Translations under genes and position numbers: made by a program | Shown here: piece after piece, positions 59,540 through 64,000 of the stretch | Position numbering within the stretch: the first letter of the stretch is position 1 | How the letters are laid out: every line of letters starts with the position of its first letter | Source of the DNA: a virus | DNA length: 64,000 nucleotides | Direction: 5' to 3' (one strand) | Virus record (IMG/VR): IMGVR_UViG_3300048838_001106 | Span: 32,001-96,000 of that record | The notes under the pieces: model-generated | Seen by the model: the letters and a program-made list of their open reading frames with translations, nothing else | The model's database searches: none | What the model was told of the DNA's origin: nothing

Positions 59540-60055
59540 ATGAGTCCAGAAGGATACGCGTCGTGGTGCTTAAACACCATCCGAAGAGACATCTCTGAAG
59601 ACCGAATTCCACTGTACATTAACTTTTCTGGCCGCACTGAACTAGGTGAAGTCCAGGAACACATTGTTCGAGGCATGCGCGGCGCTGAAAAGCACGACGA
59701 CAGTAAGCTCAAGGAAGAATTGGGGGATGTGGCGTTCCTGTTGTACGCCAAATGCGCGCTGACACGCGCAAATCTCGCCCATGACTGGGACACATCTGGA
59801 AAAATACAGAAAAGACCCGGAATCTCGCGCATCATAAACACACTTTGCCTTCTTAACGAGGCTGACCAGTGCGCTGAGCGCCTCTCAGAGGCATTTCGTC
59901 GCGATTCACGTCCCGAAGTGTACGTAGAGTACCTCGATCGCCTATGCACCTGTCTAGGTTGGAGCATGCCAGACGTTGTTTTCCTGAATCGCGTCAAAAT
60001 CGTGCAGCGAATCTCCAATGGGACACTAATTAACAAGGAAAACAGGACAACATGA
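59540..60055 (+). CDS. MazG-like nucleotide pyrophosphohydrolase domain protein
   Basis: ELGEVQE...LKEELGDVAF. Confidence 0.6.
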   Translation: MSPEGYASWCLNTIRRDISEDRIPLYINFSGRTELGEVQEHIVRGMRGAEKHDDSKLKEELGDVAFLLYAKCALTRANLAHDWDTSGKIQKRPGISRIINTLCLLNEADQCAERLSEAFRRDSRPEVYVEYLDRLCTCLGWSMPDVVFLNRVKIVQRISNGTLINKENRTT

Positions 60056-60360
60056 CTCAAGACGACTACTGGGACATCACAACTACACAGGCTGCGGGCA
60101 TTCCATTGTGGAAAGTCGGCAAACGAACAACAATCAAAACAACTCACCACAAAGAGGACACCGAAATCATGGCAAACCCAGACAAAGTCTACTTTTTGGC
60201 AAAAAAAGACGAGCTCAGACAGTTTCGTGAACAATGTGAGCACGTCGCGAAGTCAATGCACGCGCACAGCTCTTTTCATCTGCACAAAGATGTCTTGAAC
60301 GACTATGAACGCCTTCTGTTGGAAGAAGAGGAGCGCCGTGACACAAGATCCGAGACTTGA
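60052..60360 (+). CDS. Hypothetical protein
   Basis: ATGA overlap. Confidence 0.5.
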   Translation: MTQDDYWDITTTQAAGIPLWKVGKRTTIKTTHHKEDTEIMANPDKVYFLAKKDELRQFREQCEHVAKSMHAHSSFHLHKDVLNDYERLLLEEEERRDTRSET

Positions 60361-60868
60361 AGACCTCCGACGGCAGCTAAAAGCCGGATTATTCACGCGA
60401 GACATTGCAAAACTATGGAGGTGCTCACAAGCGACTGTCAATTACTGGATTCGCAAAGATCCAGAGCTTGTTCGGCTCAGGGACCGCACGTTTCCGGCGA
60501 GAAAACGCACCACACGCAAAGTAAGCGACTTTATGTTGCAGAAATACATAGAAGATGGCTGGACACACAAGCGCATAGCTGCGTTTACAGGCATGCACCT
60601 GTCCACGATACAGCGACGCATGAAAAAGGCACCACACCTTGAAATCTTGTACGAAGAAACCGCGCATCTTCGAATAAACCGAGCAAAACTTCGAAAAAGC
60701 GCGAGAGAACAGCATGTACCAGAAATTGCCAGGCTCACGTGTCAAGGCTACACCTTAAAAGACATTGCGAAGATGCGTGGCCTCACCAAAAGCAAAGTAA
60801 CTCACATAAAAAGAGAATTCAGAGAATTGTTTCTGCATTACATGGAGACATTCAATGGCCAGACATGA
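60338..60868 (+). CDS. Triple helix-turn-helix DNA-binding protein
   Basis: TRDIAKLWRCSQATV, THKRIAAFTGMHLSTI, TLKDIAKMRGLTKSKV. Confidence 0.7.
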   Translation: MTQDPRLEDLRRQLKAGLFTRDIAKLWRCSQATVNYWIRKDPELVRLRDRTFPARKRTTRKVSDFMLQKYIEDGWTHKRIAAFTGMHLSTIQRRMKKAPHLEILYEETAHLRINRAKLRKSAREQHVPEIARLTCQGYTLKDIAKMRGLTKSKVTHIKREFRELFLHYMETFNGQT

Positions 60869-61106
60869 TTGGACACAGGAACACCTGTTCGGCGCATACA
60901 TCATGAAAACAATGGAGATACTTTCTCTGAGCGAAGAACAGAACAACTCTGAAGAAGCTGACAAGATCCGAGAAGACATGGAAAATCTCTGGAATGACAT
61001 GGAACCAGAAACGGTAACTAAACTGCGCCCGGTATTGGGGCAACTAGGAGCGTTCTCTATTGTCCAGGACACTGTGCTTCATTACACAACCTTGTTTCAC
61101 AAATGA
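60855..61106 (+). CDS. Hypothetical protein
   Basis: GGAG SD. Confidence 0.5.
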   Translation: MARHDWTQEHLFGAYIMKTMEILSLSEEQNNSEEADKIREDMENLWNDMEPETVTKLRPVLGQLGAFSIVQDTVLHYTTLFHK

Positions 61107-61115
61107 ATGACACAA

Positions 61116-61153
61116 AACGGGTATAAGAACTTGTAATGAACAATGGAGTTCAT
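61116..61153 (+). promoter_or_regulatory. Putative phage promoter element (GGTATAAG) with hairpin
   Basis: 61120-61153 recurs at 63199-63232 with 2 mismatches in 34 bp; aacgggtataagaac also at 62254-62268. Confidence 0.65.
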
Positions 61154-61170
61154 TTGAGCAAGGAGACAAC

Positions 61171-61695
61171 ATGTTTGTCATTCTTATGCAAGGACTTCCA
61201 GGCTCGGGTAAGTCCACAACCGTCGAGGGCCTTCGCCAGGCCCTTGAACAAAGTGACTACAAAGTAGTCGTCGTCTCCGCAGACGACTACTTTGTAGACG
61301 CATCTGGCGTCTACAACTTCGATCCGTCGAAGATCGTAGACGCCCACGCCCAGTGCCAGCTGAAATTTCAGGTGGCACTGGATAGTGATGAAGTAGAGTG
61401 CATCATCGTCGACAACACCAACACTCAGTGTTGGGAAGCGAAGCCATACGTGGAGATGGCTTCGCGAGTCGACTGCGCCGTCATCGTCGTTGAGGTCCAC
61501 ACAGACCTCGACGACGAGGCGCTCGCCGCGCGTAACACGCACGGCGTACCCGTGGGAGCCATTGCAGCCATGCGAGCACGCATGGAGCCCCTCTGCAGAG
61601 ACGATGCTCCCAGCATCGTCATGGGAGGAACGGTGGTCTCTAGACCCATCGCTACTTCCCGTATCCTGGCAAGCAAGGCTCCCTGGGAGTCTTGA
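61171..61695 (+). CDS. P-loop kinase, polynucleotide kinase/N4BP2-like (AAA_33 type)
   Basis: GLPGSGKST, SADDYF, IIVDNTN, RNTHGVP. Confidence 0.85.
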   Translation: MFVILMQGLPGSGKSTTVEGLRQALEQSDYKVVVVSADDYFVDASGVYNFDPSKIVDAHAQCQLKFQVALDSDEVECIIVDNTNTQCWEAKPYVEMASRVDCAVIVVEVHTDLDDEALAARNTHGVPVGAIAAMRARMEPLCRDDAPSIVMGGTVVSRPIATSRILASKAPWES

Positions 61696-61722
61696 ATTGC
61701 CACCCCACGCACAGAGAGCCGC

Positions 61723-61764
61723 GCCGCGCATACCTTTCCTCCAGGGTGTGCGCGGCTTTTTTTT
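61723..61764 (+). terminator. Intrinsic terminator
   Basis: gccgcgcatacc...ggtgtgcgcggc plus T8. Confidence 0.75.
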
Positions 61765-61786
61765 CGCATGGAGTAGGGAGATAGTT

Positions 61787-62161
61787 ATGGAATACTCAGA
61801 AAAAACCCACGCCCTCGGTGAGGAGCTGGACAGAATCAGCGAGCCTTACCACAAGGTAAAAGCTCGGCTTGCAGCGCACACCGAGGCCATGGAGCAAAAA
61901 GCGGAAGGGGACATCTTTCATGTTCCGAGCTTTGAAGACATTCTTCTCGCCGCCCGTCTTGAAAGGCGCTACGCAGCGTTACACACGGACTACACCGCGG
62001 CTCTCGAAGCCTACCGCGAAAGCAAGTGGGCCGAAGAGAGGGCGAATCCGGACTACGATCCGGTGGCAGAGTTCTTTGACGGGCTCGAGCTAGACCACCC
62101 TGACACGCAAATCTACTCCTACCGAGTTGGCGGGGAGGATGGGTGGCAGAGGGTTAAGTAG
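61787..62161 (+). CDS. Hypothetical protein
   Basis: GGGAG SD before MEYSEK. Confidence 0.6.
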   Translation: MEYSEKTHALGEELDRISEPYHKVKARLAAHTEAMEQKAEGDIFHVPSFEDILLAARLERRYAALHTDYTAALEAYRESKWAEERANPDYDPVAEFFDGLELDHPDTQIYSYRVGGEDGWQRVK

Positions 62162-62206
62162 ATCAGTCGCAAAGCGCTCGAAGGTCTTTAAGGTTCAGCA
62201 CTTTCC

Positions 62207-62231
62207 AGGGACAATTCCGTCCCTCTTTTTT
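62207..62231 (+). terminator. Intrinsic terminator with AATTCC loop
   Basis: agggac-aattcc-gtccct-cT6. Confidence 0.75.
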
Positions 62232-62253
62232 AGGTCACAAATCGGGGGCATGG

Positions 62254-62268
62254 AACGGGTATAAGAAC
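62254..62268 (+). promoter_or_regulatory. Putative promoter (GGTATAAG)
   Basis: 15-mer identical to 61116-61130; intergenic, after a terminator. Confidence 0.6.
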
Positions 62269-62313
62269 ATGATCAATCGACACAATTAAGTGTCTGATCT
62301 ATAAGGAGTTCTT

Positions 62314-62559
62314 ATGTCGAAATTCAATCCTGCAGATTATGAGACGGTTGTGTCCCCTGAGGGGCTTGAGCTAGAGATGGCTCAAGTCGCGATGCGCAGG
62401 GAGGAGGAGCGAAAGCTCTGGCGCCCCCCGCATCCCGACGACTTAGCCGAGATGGAGGAAGAGCGGGAGGAGGAGGCGTACCAGCGCCGTCTACAAATGG
62501 AGGACGAGGCGCTCGAGCGCCACCTAGACCGGCAGCTCTGGAAAGAGCAGCTGGATTAG
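62314..62559 (+). CDS. Small Glu/Arg-rich protein
   Basis: TAAGGAG SD. Confidence 0.6.
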   Translation: MSKFNPADYETVVSPEGLELEMAQVAMRREEERKLWRPPHPDDLAEMEEEREEEAYQRRLQMEDEALERHLDRQLWKEQLD

Positions 62560-62666
62560 CTCCTCGGGTTTCCTTCTACACCAGCGCTCCTGCGCCTTCT
62601 TTTTAGCTCACAAATTCCACACCCAATACTGGTGCAAGAAGCTGCGCAGAAATCGAAGACAAGAGC

Positions 62667-62675
62667 TGGTATAAG
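62667..62675 (+). promoter_or_regulatory. Putative extended -10 promoter TGGTATAAG
   Basis: Same motif, intergenic, 50 bp before a gene start. Confidence 0.5.
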
Positions 62676-62724
62676 TTTGTGCAGACCATTGAAATAGATC
62701 GATGTCTGATAATCGGAGCACGAT

Positions 62725-63171
62725 ATGAGTGACGTAAAGAAAGGGTTTAACATCACGGTCGGTGTAGTACTGGCACTGATCTTTGCATTTGTGATTCTCC
62801 CAACAGGAGCCTGTGTGGGGTGCATGGTTCTTGGAGCCGGCTCTGCTGGGGTTGCCGAAGCCAACAGGCAGGTTGAGCAAGAGAAGCTCGGTCCAGAAAT
62901 CGAATTCAGCGGACTGGACTTTAAGGTGATTCCAAAAGGGCAGACAATTAGTGACGTGGCCTACAAGTTCACTGTCGTCAACAATCGCGACACAGAACTT
63001 ACCAAGTCATTCGGTGTCAAATTCCTGGACGCTGAGGGATTTCCCGTCGTTGAAGACACGCTCCTATTTGAGACTATTCCAGCGAGGTCTAGGCGCGTTG
63101 TTACAGGAGCACGCCTGGTGAAAAACCACCTGGCTGAAGCGGCACAGAGCATGAACGTAGAGGAAAAGTAG
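62725..63171 (+). CDS. Membrane protein with C-terminal Ig-like (FxLYD-like) domain
   Basis: N-terminal hydrophobic helix; FTVVNN...VKFLDAEG. Confidence 0.6.
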   Translation: MSDVKKGFNITVGVVLALIFAFVILPTGACVGCMVLGAGSAGVAEANRQVEQEKLGPEIEFSGLDFKVIPKGQTISDVAYKFTVVNNRDTELTKSFGVKFLDAEGFPVVEDTLLFETIPARSRRVVTGARLVKNHLAEAAQSMNVEEK

Positions 63172-63198
63172 CACCACAGAAAACCAACACGGCGATCT

Positions 63199-63232
63199 GG
63201 TATAAGAAGTTGTAATGAACAATGAAGTTCAT
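63199..63232 (+). promoter_or_regulatory. Putative phage promoter element, second copy of the 34-bp unit
   Basis: ggtataagaagttgtaatgaacaatgaagttcat. Confidence 0.65.
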
Positions 63233-63251
63233 ACACACCAATGGAGTTCTT

Positions 63252-63575
63252 ATGAAGATCACTGTGTTCAGACGAAAGCCTTCAACTAAGGCAGAGATGA
63301 TCTCGGCTATCGTCGTTATGGCGATAGCAGGTATTGTAATCTACATCGACGCCCAGGCCGAGAAGGCCGCTTGGGCGTCCCTGCCCAAAAGGCCGGAGCC
63401 CCGTGCTTCGGCTAAAAACACGGCCGACTCGCTCGAGGGTTATGCCCTCGAATTAGAGGAGTGGCTGTGCCGACGAGGCAGGCACGCTCCGGACAATGTC
63501 CGAGCTCACGCGCTCCGCGAGGCGGAGCAGGCACGCCACACGGCGTTCCAGGTAAGGTACATGAGAGCGTCGTGA
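63252..63575 (+). CDS. Membrane-anchored hypothetical protein
   Basis: GGAG SD; hydrophobic helix MISAIVVMAIAGIVIYI. Confidence 0.6.
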   Translation: MKITVFRRKPSTKAEMISAIVVMAIAGIVIYIDAQAEKAAWASLPKRPEPRASAKNTADSLEGYALELEEWLCRRGRHAPDNVRAHALREAEQARHTAFQVRYMRAS

Positions 63576-63604
63576 GTTGAAACGCCGTGTGGCTAGACTA
63601 GCTC

Positions 63605-63633
63605 AGGAGGTAATTCCACCTCCTCTTTTTTTT
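63605..63633 (+). terminator. Intrinsic terminator with AATTCC loop
   Basis: aggaggt-aattcc-acctcct-cT8. Confidence 0.8.
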
Positions 63634-63703
63634 AGATGCCGTCAGATTGCGCGACCCTGATCTCGCAGGTATAACTGCAAAATACGATGTATTAGAGGAA
63701 GAC

Positions 63704-64000
63704 ATGTACAATCTTGGTTTTGCAACCGTTATGAAGACAGCAGGGCTATCTAAGACGGCTGTCACCCTGGATCAACTACGAAAGGCGACCAGTGCTCTGC
63801 AGAAAAACACGACTGTTGTCCGCAGAAGTCTCATGCCCGATGATATTTCTGGGGGATACTCGGGCGTAATTAGGCCCAGGAACCACCTCCCAGAAACCTT
63901 TGGATTGGGACCAAATACGCTGGGAAAAACCAAAGACAAAGACCTAGAAAGTAAGTTACGACAGATATATGGGGATATGTTGGACTGGTATCCCGAGGAA
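63704..64000 (+). CDS. Leader-bearing protein (partial, runs off the window)
   Basis: MYNLGFATVMKTAGLSKTAV...; GAGGA SD; same leader as the 9.9-16.9 kb array. Confidence 0.7.
   Translation, partial: MYNLGFATVMKTAGLSKTAVTLDQLRKATSALQKNTTVVRRSLMPDDISGGYSGVIRPRNHLPETFGLGPNTLGKTKDKDLESKLRQIYGDMLDWYPEE

Overview
This window looks like part of a large, myovirus-type (probably jumbo) phage genome with two divergent halves. From 1 to about 25.5 kb the minus strand carries a tail/baseplate module: a tail-assembly chaperone pair with a -1 slippery site, tape measure, baseplate hub, M23 peptidase, gp25-like and baseplate-J-like proteins, and tail-fibre-associated proteins. Inside this module (9.9-16.9 kb) is an array of eight genes. 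Seven carry an N-terminal leader (YxxG-h-x3-h-x2-[AS]-G-[LI], exact in five, partial in two) and all eight have a nearby K-x-A motif. Their cargo includes three ADP-ribosyltransferase-like domains, one fused to a complete sigma-70 factor, and four glycine-zipper proteins with a shared C-terminal GTD[FL] motif. This candidate virion-packaged effector system is the strongest novel signal. From 25.6 to 64 kb the plus strand carries mostly small hypothetical genes, including a 13-gene tandem array of possible divergent paralogues, oligoribonuclease, a DUF5664-type diphosphohydrolase, a metallophosphoesterase, a CAT-anticodon tRNA (Ile2-like), a CoaB-aldolase II fusion, and MazG-like and PNK-like proteins. 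An AT-rich non-coding region at 43.5-45.1 kb holds a perfect 99-bp inverted repeat plus iteron-like repeats (candidate origin or invertible element). All family calls come from motif recognition by eye; no database search was run.
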